In this document: one piece after another, positions 1 through 12,844 of the stretch
Layout of the letters: every line of letters starts with the position of its first letter
Numbering within the stretch: the first letter of the stretch is position 1
Assembly: GCA_051047955.1 (NCBI GenBank)
Contig: JBPGPT010000044.1
Location: forward strand, 1-64,000
DNA: 64,000 nucleotides
Direction: 5' to 3'
Source: Cystobasidiomycetes sp. EMM_F5
Lineage: Eukaryota
The notes under the pieces: generated by a model
What the model was told of the DNA's origin: nothing
Databases searched by the model: none
What the model saw: only the letters and a program-made list of their open reading frames with translations
Made by a program: the position numbers and the translations under genes

Positions 1-300
1 GCGGCTTAAAAGCTACAAGCTGAAGCCTACCTATGTCCTGTCCGGCATGACGTTTAATGGAGGAGCTGAGGGGAGCTACGAGGTGCAGCTCACTCCGCCA
101 TCGGCCCTATACACGGATGGACGCAGTTCAAGACCTGATAGGCTGCGATGCGATGCAAAGCGGTGCGCTCGAGTAGGTTGAGTTTCATACATTGATCCAA
201 TGCCACAGTTGCGGGTGATAGTGATCAGCAAGGGATGCCGAACATGGAGCTGGACGAAGCGCAGTCCAGCCTGTTGCGCAGACTGCTTCACGGACCGTAG
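1..300 (+). CDS. 3' end of an unidentified spliced gene (truncated by window edge)
   Basis: Open frame RLKSYKLKPTYVLSGMTF..., putative short introns, last exon ...GDSDQQGMPNMELDEAQSSLLRRLLHGP* ending TAG at 300; no family recognised. Confidence 0.3.
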
Positions 301-597
301 AATCATAATTGCGGAATGGATACTGATCGATATTAAGCACAGTGCTTTCACCGATCAATAACGAAGCGCATATACTGAAATCCGCAGACAGTTTGGACTT
401 TGTTTCTATTGTATCACAAGGTGTTTTATACGTCTGTCAAACACAAGTGTGCTAGATGGTGGGGACTTTTGAAGATGCATGCGAATTACGCGCAAGACGA
501 TCTTCTTTAGTCTGACAAAAGCCTAATGGGTTGAAGACCGCATTTACTTCAGCTATACACGATCCACTTTTCGCTTCCCGTCACCTCCTCTTCCCAT

Positions 598-2811
598 TTA
601 CAGTACGTATCGGAATTGAGGATTCTGCTAGCCAAATTAGAGTGTTTTTCTGAATGATGTATGGAAACTGACCTTGAGATCCGTCAAATCATCGTCCAAC
701 GCATTATCAAATGCCTCAACGCCCTTTCTGTCTCGACGTCGATTGTCCCAGATGCACAAGTAGCGATATGCGAAAGCCAAAATGAAGGCCGCGATGCCCG
801 TAACGACAACAATCAAGAAAGCAGGCGCATAGCCTGGTGCGTCCTCCGGTTTGAAGAGTAATGGACCGATGATGTTGCCTTTGTATGCAGCAGTCACGAA
901 AACGGACGAAGACCCATCGTGATACGATGTCAGCAACGGTTCACTGCGGCATGAATAAACCTAGGATCTACCGATGCAATAGCCCATGTACAGACCCGCT
1001 GAAGAAGCGGTACGCTTCGTATATCTGCCACGCTGTGTCAGCGCGCTCTTTTCTCTTTTCAAGTATCTCCGAATGGTGAGCCTACCCGCTGGTATTTGCT
1101 ATAATCAAACCCATCATAACAGCGTAGCCACTTCCGTACGTTGTGAGTGTGTAACACGCGTAGACTGTAGTTCGCCCGTCAATGACTATCATCGATTGGC
1201 TTCTTAGGAAATGAGCATAGCCTACGCAAGCCTCCAGTGTTGCTCCGTGGCAAGTTCCACAGAAGGACCGCAGATACTATGGTCACGGCTTGAGTCCCCG
1301 CAATCAAATAAGTCCGGATGCCAGGCTTCTTTGAAGCCAAGTACGGTACCAGAAGCTGAAAAAGATGGAAGATCAATGCGAATGAAAGGGCGCGCTATCT
1401 GCCTCAATTACCTGGAAGAATGCGGCGATGGCTCCAGCCGGCATGAACAGCAACAGAGTAGTCAGAGTACTGAATCCAAGGGACTGAATAATGATGGGAA
1501 GGAAAGATGACACAGGTCCCTGTTCGACGAAAGCTTCTCGGTCATCTTGAGCCCCTATGCAATATGAACAAGATCTTACGTTACAAATCATGCTAAGCAG
1601 AGCGATGGAGAAGGTGATCCAGAATTTTAGATCCAGGAGAAGCTCCACTATTTGTGCCATTTTAAAATGCTTGTTGCGAACGCCTGCATTGTTTGAACGC
1701 AAGCGAGCGACCATAATGTATCTTTGACGCTCATCGAAACCGCGAGCATGTACCGGATCACCTGGAAGGAGCCACAGCAGGACTATGCCCCAGGCAATCG
1801 TAAGAGCGCCAGCTCAGTAGTACATGTAACGCCACGTGTTGACCCCGTTACCAACTTGTCCCCAGCCGTAATTAACTGCCCGAAGTTTTAGTCCATGATT
1901 TAGACTCAATTCCGATCTGTGCTGCATGTGCTCTACGCTCACCTAAAGGTGAAACCACCGATGCCAAGCCCGTCATCGAGTACCAGACTCCCATCCTGAA
2001 CGCCTGCTCGTTTTTCTTGTAGAACAAGCCTACGATAACCATGAACAGAGGTGAAATTCCTGTGTTTGAGCGAGAGTCAGCAGCGTGTATTCTGTATGCT
2101 CTGAGCGGGCTTGCCTGCTTCGAGGAAACCCAAGAAGAAACGTTCGGCATACAGGCCTTGGTAATTTGTGCACTGCGTTGTTAGAAGCAAGGTAATGCCC
2201 CAGACTGTTATGAAACTCGAAGCGACACGCTCGATAGGGTAGCGTTGTGCCAACCACATATTCGGGTAGGCACCAGCGATGAAACCGATGTAGAAAATGG
2301 CTAGATACGGGTTCAGACCGGCCATCTGTTGATTTTGGTGGGGACCTACCCGCAGCAAAAGAGTAACGATTGCCTATCAATAGATTCAGCTCCGTGCGAA
2401 GGCCGAATATTGCCTGCGTTGAATGTCAGATATGCTCTCGGTGTATCGGAATCATCGCTCACAGCTTGCGAGAGCATCGCCTTGTCGTAGTATTGCAGCG
2501 CATATGTCATGCAAAGAACGGGCATAAGGCGGAAGTCCACACGTCGTCGGACAGCGATCTCTTCTGCATCCGTCCAGGTTCTCGGACCTTTGTAGCTCTC
2601 GTAAGTTACGGCACCTTCATCATGGTGTACTGTCTCGATAGGCTCTCCAGGACTCCTCGGACCTGCATCTTCAAATTCGTCTGGCACATTCTGCTTCTCT
2701 TCTGTGAAGCTGTTAGTATTCTGAGGAGGGAGGACGTGGTGAGTGCAGAGTGGCGGGAATCAAGATGGTCGACAGGGGCAATGCGGGCCTCCTTATTTTC
2801 AATGCGGACAT
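598..2811 (-). CDS. MFS transporter, allantoate permease (Dal5-like anion:cation symporter) family; multi-exon, start approximate
   Basis: Exons RRRVDFRLMPVLCMTYALQYYDKAMLSQA, RFFLGFLEAGISP, FYKKNEQAFRMGVWYSMTG, GNIIGPLLFKPEDAPGY, terminal DLTDLK|NPQFRYVL* (stop 598-600). Confidence 0.9.
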
Positions 2812-2933
2812 TCTTCCGAGCGCTCGCCTGAACGACGCCGAATACTTTGGTAGTAACGTCTGCCAATCATATGCTGGCTGAGTGCGCAACCACACTGGAA
2901 AGTACAATGGCTGCGATGTTGGAGCCGCACTCT

Positions 2934-3502
2934 CTAATTGGATCGATGATCTACCTTTAGAAAAAGGGATAAGCGAGGTAGGTCGGACAAAGGAACACTC
3001 TGACGGACTGTTAGCGATCGTGCGTACCGATGTATAAGTGACTCACCATATGGCCCCTGCCGGTTGTGTCTGATACTCTGCTCCAGCTCACTGCCTTGAC
3101 AGTCTCAGAGTCGCCTTCGGTTGATTTTATAGTGATTGCTCCGCCCTTTAATTGAACTATGTATTGATCGTCTGGAGCGCAGTGAAAGTCGGTGACTGAG
3201 GGTTTGATGAGATGGTCAGCGTTCACAGACTGACATCTAGTATGGAAACGGGGTAAACGGTGGGACAGACGCTGTTGATTTCCAGTCGGGTTGAGAACAG
3301 TCCTAATCTGGAAGCCTTGTATGGGCAAGCTTAGACAGAAACAATGTTAGCTTGCCTGCCTGCCTGCTTGGACGGAAGTCATCCCAGCGCACGGATCACT
3401 TTCGATGCCAGTCGGACTGTGATGCTTCAGCTCGACATCCTCGTAAACGAAACGCGAGCCTCCTTCTGGCGTTGCAACCGTTGTACGTAGCTTGATGGAC
3501 AT
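2934..3502 (-). CDS. Small 4-exon cupin-fold protein
   Basis: Spliced by hand: MSIKLRTTVATPEGGSRFVYEDVEL...DFHCAPDDQYIVQLKGGAITIKSTEGDSETVK...DTTGRGHMSVPLSDLPRLSLFLKV; H-x-A-P-x-x-Q and DTTGxGH motifs of small cupins; GT-AG introns with CTAAC/CTGAC branch sites. Confidence 0.7.
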
Positions 3503-3542
3503 CTGTGGAGAGACAAGCTGTTCTAGAAGCCGGCTGGGTCCG

Positions 3543-3644
3543 AGTATACTGCCGAAGAGCGAGGGGTAGACCGACGCCGGGTTCTGGACAGGAGTAGTAT
3601 ACTGCCGACGGGCGAGGGGTAGACCAACGCCGGGTTCTGGACAG
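3543..3644. repeat. Tandem direct repeat, 2 x 49 bp, period 53
   Basis: agtatactgccga(a/c)g(a/g)gcgaggggtagacc(g/a)acgccgggttctggacag at 3543-3591 and 3596-3644, 3 mismatches. Confidence 0.95.
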
Positions 3645-3703
3645 ACTGTCTGTGGGAGTTGATACTGAGCGTCAAGACTTCATCGGATTTGCTCTATTCA
3701 AGT

Positions 3704-4822
3704 ATGTGCGACTTCTCACAGTACGGCGGTCCGAGCGCCGAATGGCTCGCGCTCGAAGCCGAGCTGTCTACACCTTCTGTTGACGGACTGTCAATCAACG
3801 ACCTGAAGAAGCTGACTAATGGTGGACGAGAGGCTACATCAGCTAAAGAGATGGAAAGTCTGGCGGGCAGTATCGAGATGCAGGACTACACCATCGAGGC
3901 CAGAGACGGCTATAAACTCCAGGCGCGGACGTACCGCAAAAAGCAGACGAAGAATGACCGGCATGCTGGAGCAGTCTACATACATCTACACGGAGGAGGC
4001 CATCTATTCGGCACGCTCGATTCGGAAGACGCGGCGTGCGCAAGACTAGCAATCTCATCGGGAGTCACAGTCTTGAACGTCAATTATCGACATACACCAG
4101 AAGCAACGTACCCTGTCCCTTGGAATGACGTAGAGGACGCGTATAGCTGGCTGCATGCTGTGCGGCCTTTTCACTTCGATCCGTCGTTTGTGATCCTCGG
4201 AGGCATATCCGCTGGAGCGTGGATGACGGCTTCAATTGCACTGGCCCAGCATCTCGGCAACAAGCTGCAAGATTGTCCGAAGATAGCTGGGCAGGTGCTC
4301 ATCATTCCTTGCTTAATTCATGCCGACTGTTACGGTCCTCAAATGGCCAAAATGCTTGAGCCAGAAGTCTCTTCACGTCACCAGCACGCAAATGCACCTA
4401 TCTTACCGAACGAGCGCATAAAGCTGTTCCTAGATCTGCTCAAGGTGCAAGATATCGAGGCTGAAGATTTGCTCCTCAATCCTGGCAATGTCACACCTAC
4501 TGATGCGAAAGGCTTGCCTCCGACCGTTATTGGTGTTGCTGGGTACGACCCACTCAGGGATGATGGCTTGTTATACGCACAGACATTGGAAGCCGCAAGG
4601 TGAGCACATAGACGGATGTTTGTCCATACGTCCGACACTCACGTATCGATCTCCTACAGTGTGCCGACAGCAGTGGACATCTTCAAGGGTGTACCGCATG
4701 GATACCGTCGTTACGGAGACAAGCTCAGCCTGTCGAAGCGGTGGGACGAGGTCATTAGCGAAGGTCTGCTCTGGATCCTGTCACGGCCCTGTCAGGGCAA
4801 AGCTCTCAGATGCAATGAATAA
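3704..4822 (+). CDS. Alpha/beta hydrolase, hormone-sensitive-lipase-like (Abhydrolase_3) esterase
   Basis: HGGG oxyanion motif, NYRHTPE, GISAG nucleophile, GYDPLRDDG, GVPHGY in last exon after one intron (~4600-4659). Confidence 0.9.
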
Positions 4823-4988
4823 ATATCAACAAGGATCCTATCCTTTTGCTAAAATTTCAGTCGCAGTAATCGATGTCTGCGAGGTTGCGTACCCGCTGCT
4901 TTGCTCTGTTACGAGGCCATCGTCTGGGTATCCTGTTTTTATCCAGCCAACTGCAATGCGCTGTTCTGGCTCTTTGAAACCTGTCAGG

Positions 4989-5559
4989 TCATCCTGCAAG
5001 GCCATATTTGAGCTGCATGCCATGAATCTGCGGTTGTCGAGCACGTACTGCCGCTTCACCACTTCGTAATGGGTCATGAGAAGTTTGTCGGCGGTAGCGT
5101 CCGCGAACGTCAACCTCGCGAAGAACGTTGTTCGGAAGACCTCCCCGTTCTTTCTTGTAAAATCTGGTTAGAAGAATGGATTTGAGTACTAACATATGAA
5201 GGTTCCGAGCGTCTTGGGTTTTTAGACCGACCAGCTGAACCCCACACAACTGCCTCGCTGCCGTCTTCATTGGTGTAAACTCTTTCAGGATGGTGATCTC
5301 TCAACGCAATATGCTCCCACATCCCTTCCCTCATTTTTATAAGTCCAGCTTTACCAGCATATGCCGCGCCAGAGAAATTGCACTCGCCATCTTCTGTAAA
5401 GTAACTAGCATTGGCGTTTCTGCTTGGCTTAGTTGTTTCTGTTTCATCATATTTTCAGGCTTACCTCACGTATTCCTCGTGAGCACCCGGCTTGTCAGAT
5501 GTCTTGTAGAATCGATGCACGAAATCCTGGATGCTTGGTGAGACTAGTCTTGAGGACAT
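4989..5559 (-). CDS. SnoaL/NTF2-like fold small protein (multi-exon)
   Basis: Spliced MSSRLVSPSIQDFVHRFYKTSDKPGAHEEYVSYFTEDGECNFSGAAYAGKAGLIKMREGMWEHIALRDHHPERVY...FFARLTFAD...THYEV; FYxxxD..FTED..G pattern typical of fungal SnoaL-like proteins. Confidence 0.65.
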
Positions 5560-5757
5560 CTTTGGATTGCTACAGTAAGGATGACTCGCCAGTCTTCAAG
5601 AAAGTAACAAGCGTCTACCACCACCGAAACGCTAACCGGCGACCCCGGCTATATGGATCGGTGCCGGCATTTTGCGGCAACGTCAGAATCAGCGCTTTGC
5701 AATTTGAACCAACAAATTATAGACATCGGCTTTGCGCTTATCTCGGTGAACTCGGAA

Positions 5758-6638
5758 ATGGATACCCTGTACTGGTCGCCAAATTCGCCCTGTGCGCTGC
5801 GGCACTGCGGCATATTATTTAATAACTGCTGATTCCCTAGTCGCAGATGTCAAAAAAGTAATGCTAGCACTGCGCGAGCTGGGACTGGAGAGCGACGTCT
5901 CCATCAAGAGAGGCGTGACCAGTCCCGTGTCTTTACAAACCGAACATGACGCTTGGAATCCGGCGGGAAAGGTAGGTTGTGGACTCTGGACTCATGCTGG
6001 AATAGATAGCCAAGCTTGTACAATTTTATCCATCATTATGGTTAGGTCCCTACTCTAATACTTACATCTGGCCGGGCGGTGTTCGGCAGTCAGGCTATCT
6101 GCCAATATCTAGATAGCATTGCCGATCCAAACAGAACACTCTTTCCGGACGCAAAGAACAAGCACGAAGAGCTGACTCTGGAGAGCTTGGCTGACGGAAT
6201 GCTAGACGCTTGTCTGCTGGTACGGTATGAGATATCGACACGGGTAAGGTGTCTTATTCCTGCGGTCTCTTCGCATGCTCAGCTCAACAAATATTCGCTC
6301 ATAGCCGGAAGCGTATCGCTGGGATAAGTGGATAGACGGTCAGACTAGCAAAATCACGCGAGCGCTCAAGATTATATATCAGCGTCTCGATCCAAGCTCA
6401 AAGCAATACCAATTACCAGACCCAGCAGCCAAAGTCCTGCCTTTGGGCGGAATAAGCATCGCCTGCGGATGCTGGTGTGAGTTTTTTCCCAGGCTGTCGT
6501 TTTAATAACCCTGACACGACCGCAGACTTGGACAAGCGTTTTCCGGAAATCAACTGGCGGGATGGAGATGGCGCGTCATTGGCAGCCTGGTATGCAGCCG
6601 TTCAGAAGCGAGCGTCCTGGAAGAATGGTGATAATTGA
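5758..6638 (+). CDS. Glutathione S-transferase (YibF-like), multi-exon
   Basis: MDTLYWSPNSP, WNPAGK|VPTL, FGSQAICQYLD, LESLADGMLDACLLVRYE, RWDKWIDGQ. Confidence 0.85.
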
Positions 6639-6673
6639 TATTGTACTACTAGACGAGAATATGAAGCGACTTT

Positions 6674-8565
6674 CTATGCACAGCTAAACGACGACGCATC
6701 GGTATCATTTCCACCGTTAAAGATCGCCTTCTGCGGGTATGGGCAGAATTTGCGGGTGTAGGCAACGCCCTGACTAGCGTTGTTGTTATTCCAACGCACT
6801 CCCGTCACCGAATTTGGGGCTTGACCCTGCTCGACCCAGGCTATGAGGGCACGAAGCACATCGTGCTGGACATCGTCTGCCAGAGGAGGTGTACCACCAG
6901 ATCTTTGCGATTGTCCGCCGAAGCCGTCTTTGCGGCAACTAATTCAGCAGTCGTTGAGTATGAGTGAGAATTCAGCTCACTCGCTCCATCTCCGCCATTA
7001 CAATGAGCCATTCCTGGTATGCGAAAAAGGCGATAAAAGTCGGTAGTACTGGTATTGGTGTTTGCCTTATTGAAGGCGTCGACCGAGTTGTAGAAATCGA
7101 TAGAATTGCCAGCTGCTATAAGCTGATCTCCCATTCCGACGTAGTGCAGAACCTTTCCGCCTCGATTCACAAAGGAAGTTAGGTTGGGGCTTGTCAAATC
7201 CTGTGGTCACGCTTAGCAAGTTCAAGGATGACGAATACGTCTGAACCTGCGCACCATGTTACCCGGATTCACCGCATCCCCCTTCAGTATATCTGTGATA
7301 TTCAAGTTGCGATAGTCCCAGGTCGTGTCGTTCCATACAAAGTATTTGTAGAAATCGGGCGAAATTGAGAATATTGTCGGGCCGACCAAACCCGTTCGGT
7401 AAGACAGTTCACCGCCCGGCGCATACGAAGCGAAGACGTAGGTATTGTTGCCATCGAGGTATGGGCGGTATAAGTTTCGAACGGCCGCGATTTGTGGGAT
7501 CGTCAGACAGGCTGTCGTATTGGTGGCATTAAGGCTACAGGTCAGCGTCTCTGGACGAAAACTGCGCCAATCTCAGCGCGGCGTATATTGGACTGCATAG
7601 ACTGGCACGTACGCGCATGCATATGGATCTTCCAGTACACCATCGCGCACACCATCGAGGCCATCACACTGTCTCAAAACTTCGTCGTGAATAACACTCC
7701 AAGTTGCCGACGATATCCAGGACGATGCGTTGACGGGAGCCACGAGGTTATACTGCCGAATGGACCACGGCTGCAAGCGCGACATACGATTTGCCGGTGA
7801 GCCAACCACAATGGCATCGAAGTCTTCGGGGAACATTTGTGCTGCCTTGAGACCCATCCTTCCGGCTGTGGAGCATCCGAGGTAGTAGGTCTTGTTCTGA
7901 GCTGTGCCATAATATACTTGCGTGATAGATTTTGCGGTGAGGGTGCTGACTCGGAGCGCCCTGTGCGTTTGCGAGTATTAGCACGTTAATCCGACGTCCG
8001 AAGAAGATTTCAGACTACCTGTAAGCGAAATCTGTAACGGCATTCTTGTCAACACCCCATGAGCCGTCTAGCGAAGACGAATTGTGGCCAGTATTGGTGG
8101 AGAAGGACGCAAACCCTCGGTTTGCGCCATCGAAAGACAGAGAAGAGTAAACGATGCCTGTCGAGAGATTATGTAGCTTGTACTTCAGCGTGGCATGTGA
8201 CGATGGGTAAAAGCACAGCTGGGAAATATACCTCCATTCCAGCCTCCGTTTCCGAAACCAAGCAGTCGATTATTCCAGGCATCAGGCAGCCAGACTTCTG
8301 TATTTGCATAATTTCCGCTGGTAGCGTTCGTCGTAATCAGTAACGCCAGGCGGCAGAAAGCAGTGAGATTAGTCGTCGTTATGCTGCTAGCATTGGAGGT
8401 GAAGTTGACGAGAGCGCCAGCCGGGAAGTATTGCTTGACGGCGATTGTCACACCTGTAAGGTTCGCAGGCAAAGTGAAATTGTTGCATAGCGAAGCCCCA
8501 GGACCTTGTTGAGCTATGGCGGTTGTAGCAGCCAGTAGAGTTACGATAGATGCAGCGAATAACAT
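6674..8565 (-). CDS. Secreted tannase/feruloyl esterase
   Basis: Signal peptide, EVWLPDAWNNRLLGFGNGG, GCSTAGRMG nucleophile, QCDGLDGVRDG, LFRIPGMAHCNGG, WVEQGQAP, CPYPQKA. Confidence 0.92.
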
Positions 8566-9260
8566 TTCAGCGTTGACTACTCAACTATACTAGTAGAGAA
8601 GAAAAGAAGAAAAGTAGGCACAGCGCGAACGATGGGAACGATGGATATCGTTCGGATGGCCGGCACCTTTGGGCTCCATGGGGTAAAGTGCACGGGGACT
8701 AGGCCCGTGGAGATCATGTGGGCTCTCGCCTAAACAATCGGCCGGCCGCGCGCTGCGCCGAAAAAGTCCTGCAGCCTCCAAGAAGGCGTGCATACAGGCG
8801 TTTGTGCAGACTCGAAATATCATAGAACATGCAATCTTCCCGTCCATTGCATTGATGGATATTGATCAATGACCGACGTACGCATTTGAATGATACTCGA
8901 GCTCGCTCGATATATGCCGTGATCGACCGCTGAATGTCCACTTACATACAGATTGTATGCGTACACGACAAGCGTACTGCACTATGATGTATGGATTCGC
9001 GAGAGATCGAAAGACGTTCCCCCTTTCCTATAGGCAGCTTATGCATATAGTTCCCCGCCCTTAGTAAGCTTGCGCCGTCCGAAGATGGAACAACATGAAG
9101 AGTCGAAAGCTTGGCAAGCATGCAGTATTTCATTACTCCAGTGACATATCTGACTACGTATTCTATGCTTCCCGCGCAGCTGATAGTTCTACCTAATACT
9201 TTAGCACCGGCCACTTTACTTGTAACAAGTCACTCCCGATTTCTGACAAAGGCTACAATT

Positions 9261-11350
9261 TCAAAACTTCAAGTCGTCATCAACGTTGCGATTCTCCTCT
9301 TTCCCAACCTTGCGTCGAAGCGCTGCGATTCGACGGACTTCGCGTTCGGTGTCTTGCGTCAACCACCAACAGACTGTGAGAGCGCTGACAATCGTAGCAA
9401 TGGTGAGACCAGCGCAGCACATATACGGCAGCAAGTAGCGTGGTGCTGCATTTCGTGAACGTGGGAGTTTTGACATGGTAACAGAAAGGTTAGAGGGTCA
9501 GTCGCAGAAATTGTGGAGAAAAAGCAGATGAAATGAGTAATCAGCGACCCGTAACCATTGACGAGATGTAAGACGAACCATATTGCGAGCGGAAGATTTG
9601 AGCAGACCCTGTGAGAAGGCCGTACGATGTTAGCTCTCGCACAGACTACGAACTGGCGGACCGCGCGAGTATCTAGACTTACAAAGCCCTGCAATTTGAG
9701 CAGACCCATTCATCCATGCAACAACAAAGCTATAGGATGTAGCACCGCGCGCGGTCTGAAGTCGCCATGGCAGGTATGTCACAAATGCCCAGGCTGCGAA
9801 AAAGCTGCCAATGATGACAATTGCGTAGAGTGCCGCTTTGCTAGTGACGAAGGCCAAGAGGAACAGGCAGACCACCCAACAAGAGCATGAGAAGGTATAT
9901 ACGATTGGACGAGGAATCATGGTTAGACGATCGTTGAGAAGAGCTCCGAGTGTGCCTCCCATCCAGTATAAAAATGCTGGAGCAATGCTGAGAAGTTGCA
10001 CAGTCGCGCCATTAGAAAGGCCAAAGCTTGCAACGATTGTGGGAATCCAGAACAGATACTGAGCTTTGTATCAGCTATGGCTCCTGCGCGGGGGATTTTT
10101 TGGGTGCTCACCCCTAAAACCCCAGTCTGATATGCGATGATAGTTATGCCAAAAGCATAATTCTGCCATGAGCGAAGCTCGTACTTAATTGCCGCCCAAT
10201 CTATGTTTGCGTCCGTCGATCGCGAGGCGTTCTTCTGCAGACGGCCGACGACCCAGGCGCGCTCTTTTTCAGTAAGGAAAGAACAGGTATCGGGGTCTGT
10301 TCAAGCCTCGATGAGCGTAAGCCGAGAAAGATGAAGCTATTATCTTACAATTGGGCATGTAGAACCAGACGACCACGGCGATTGGTATGCCAAGCAGCCC
10401 TTGCACGATGAAAACCCATTGCCAGCCGGAGAGCCCACGGCCATCTGCAAAGGAAAAACCATATGTGATGAGAGCACTAAAAACGTTGCAGAATTGGTAC
10501 TGCAGGTTACTTTTCAGCCTCGCCTACCCATCTGTTCAGCCGCGCATCTATTTACCATAGTTGACACGATTGCGATGCGCCAGCCCAATTCCTCTGTTCG
10601 ATAATAGTACGAAAGGTGAGCATAGATTCCCGGCGCAAGGCCTGCTTCCATTAACCCGAGGAATGCACGAGCTGTCAAAAGGCCGCCTAGATTCTTTGAA
10701 GCTGCGTGACACGCCGTCACGGCCGACCAGAGAAGGAGGATACGGATATAGTGGACGCGCTAGGAGGAATGAAAGGCCCGACGCTACTGTCAATCATGCT
10801 TTCTGTACGCGCTCAAGACTTTGTTTCACAACTTACCGGAGTGGCCCACTTCATGGAGAGATTGGACGGCATCTCTCCCAAGACATAAAACAACGTAAAC
10901 AGGGTTGAAGTAAGCTAGAGATAGCCAGGAATTAGCGTTTACCGAGATCCGGTTAGGCCCGCTAGTCGCCTACAGCATAGTCATTGGAACTGATATTCAG
11001 CTGATTGAGAATATTGGTTGGCTTGCCAGCATTCATGGTCTTGACGTAGCTGATTGCGCCCGAATCTATTCCGCGAAGCGTGTATATGAGCATGCAGATG
11101 GGAATCATGTGCCAGTCGACTTTGCGAATAATCCGCTGGCCCTCTTCGTACGTGAACCTGACAAAGTGCAGGGTATTAGTCACGATGAAAAAGCTTTATA
11201 GTTCGCTTACAATTGTCGTTGTTGTTGTATCTCATCGATAGATTCACCGACTGGGGACACATGCCCGGATCCATCTTGGGAGTCTGTCTTTTCGACGTCT
11301 ACTTCTTTTGGATACTCAGGAAGCATGGCAATCGTCCGAGTGTCAGTCAT
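9261..11350 (-). CDS. MFS transporter (anion:cation symporter, allantoate/nicotinate permease-like), multi-exon
   Basis: IIRKVDWHMIPICMLIYTLRGID, RAFLGLMEAGLAPG, YYYRTEELGWR, GLSGWQWVFIVQG, multiple TM exons. Confidence 0.88.
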
Positions 11351-11435
11351 GTCGACAATAGTAGAGAGGAGAAGCTGTTGAGGACGTAGGAAACAGGAAG
11401 AGATACGAATTTCATGCTTTATATGTTTTGTGCAC

Positions 11436-11577
11436 TCGCGCAACCCTTATCAGCGGATACGTCTCAAGGCAATTGCAGTTCGCCCAAATTTTCCGGTAAA
11501 ATAGGCACCAGAGGAAAGAGATTGGTTCGCCGACTAGTCGCGCGAAGGCTCTGCGCGAGAGAACTCAGTTTGCGCGA
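11436..11577. promoter_or_regulatory. TCGCGCA motif cluster in MFS/aldolase divergent promoter
   Basis: Exact copies at 11436(+), 11552(-), 11571(-); palindrome TCGCGCGA at 11538; GATA sites at 11446 and 11599. Confidence 0.5.
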
Positions 11578-11679
11578 GCAGTTTATGGTGGCAAAATAGA
11601 TAACCCCACCAGGAAGATGAGGTGTCTTGCTCAGCCTCTTCACATTTATCATCACACACTTACTGCCATACTAATTACG

Positions 11680-12844
11680 ATGGTACCGGGTATCATGCTT
11701 AACAACGGGACATCTTCCTCGACTACTGTGCAACAGGCAGAAGCGTCCGCGGCCCCACTCAAGCCGGTTGCCAACCCAGCAGCAGTTCCGCAGACAGCAC
11801 GTCAATTCGATACCAGCAAGACTCCTCTGGAGCGGACCTGGAGAGGAGATGTCGATGGTCGAGTCCGCTACGAGGGTTACCCGAAGTTCAATGGTGATAG
11901 GCTCGCAGAGCGGCAATGGGTGAAGGTGAGATGCGGACGCCAACACTTACATCACCTCGACTAATGAAGCGTCCGGTCAACTGTACTTTGGTAAGGAGCA
12001 TCTCGCAACAGCGTTCCAATTCTGGGGGAAATTAGGCTTTGGAGACGGCCTCAGCGGTCACATCACGTACCGAGATCCCGTTCTTGTGGAGTGCGTCTTG
12101 TTTCTTGAGACTGTTGGAGTCAACCTGACACGGCGATAGTCACTTCTGGATGAATGCTTTCGGGCAACACTTCTCCTCCATTCGCGTTTCAGACCTCGTC
12201 CTCGTTAGCCCGGAGGGTTTCGTGACGGAACATGGCGCGCAGCGCCCCATCAACCAGGCCGGCTTCAACATACACAGTGCGATACACCGTGCTCGTCCAG
12301 ACTGTCATGCCGCTGCGCACTGTCATTCACTTTATGGCAAAGCATGGAGCGTATTTGGGAAGAAAATCGATATTCTTACACAAGATGCTTGTCTCTTTCA
12401 CAATAACCAAGCGGTATACGAGAACTTTGGAGGTATCGTTTTGGCTGCCGAAGAAGGTGAAGAAATCGCCCAAGCATTGGGCCCCAAGAACAAAACGGCA
12501 ATCCTGCAAAATCATGGCTTGCTCACAGGTGAGTGGTCGCGAAAGCTCTTCTTTATACGGCAAAGGTTTTCCACACGCCTTCAGCTGACATCTGCGCTTT
12601 CGACGCAGTTGGGGAGACCGTTGACGAAGCCGTATATCTTTTTAGCGCCTTGGAGAGAATGTGCCAAGCTCAATTACTCATTGAAGCGGCTTTGGGTGGA
12701 GGAAATCTGACCAAAAAGGTGATTGGTGACGCCGAAGCTGCATGGACAGCCGCGACTCTTCAATATCCGGAAAACGTCTACGCAAACGCCCAGACAGAAT
12801 TTGATTTACTGCGCTTGGAGCGTGGTCATTTCTTTTTGCAGTAG
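11680..12844 (+). CDS. Class II aldolase/adducin-fold metalloenzyme
   Basis: GLSGHITYRDP, FWMNAFGQHFS, INQAGFNIHSAIH, AAAHCHSLYG, ILQNHGLLT (HxH...H metal ligands). Confidence 0.9.

Noticed and set aside
3543..3644. Direct repeats (also 34872-34939, 57068-57132) as CRISPR-like arrays
   Set aside because: Only 2-3 units, no unique spacers, eukaryotic context, no cas genes
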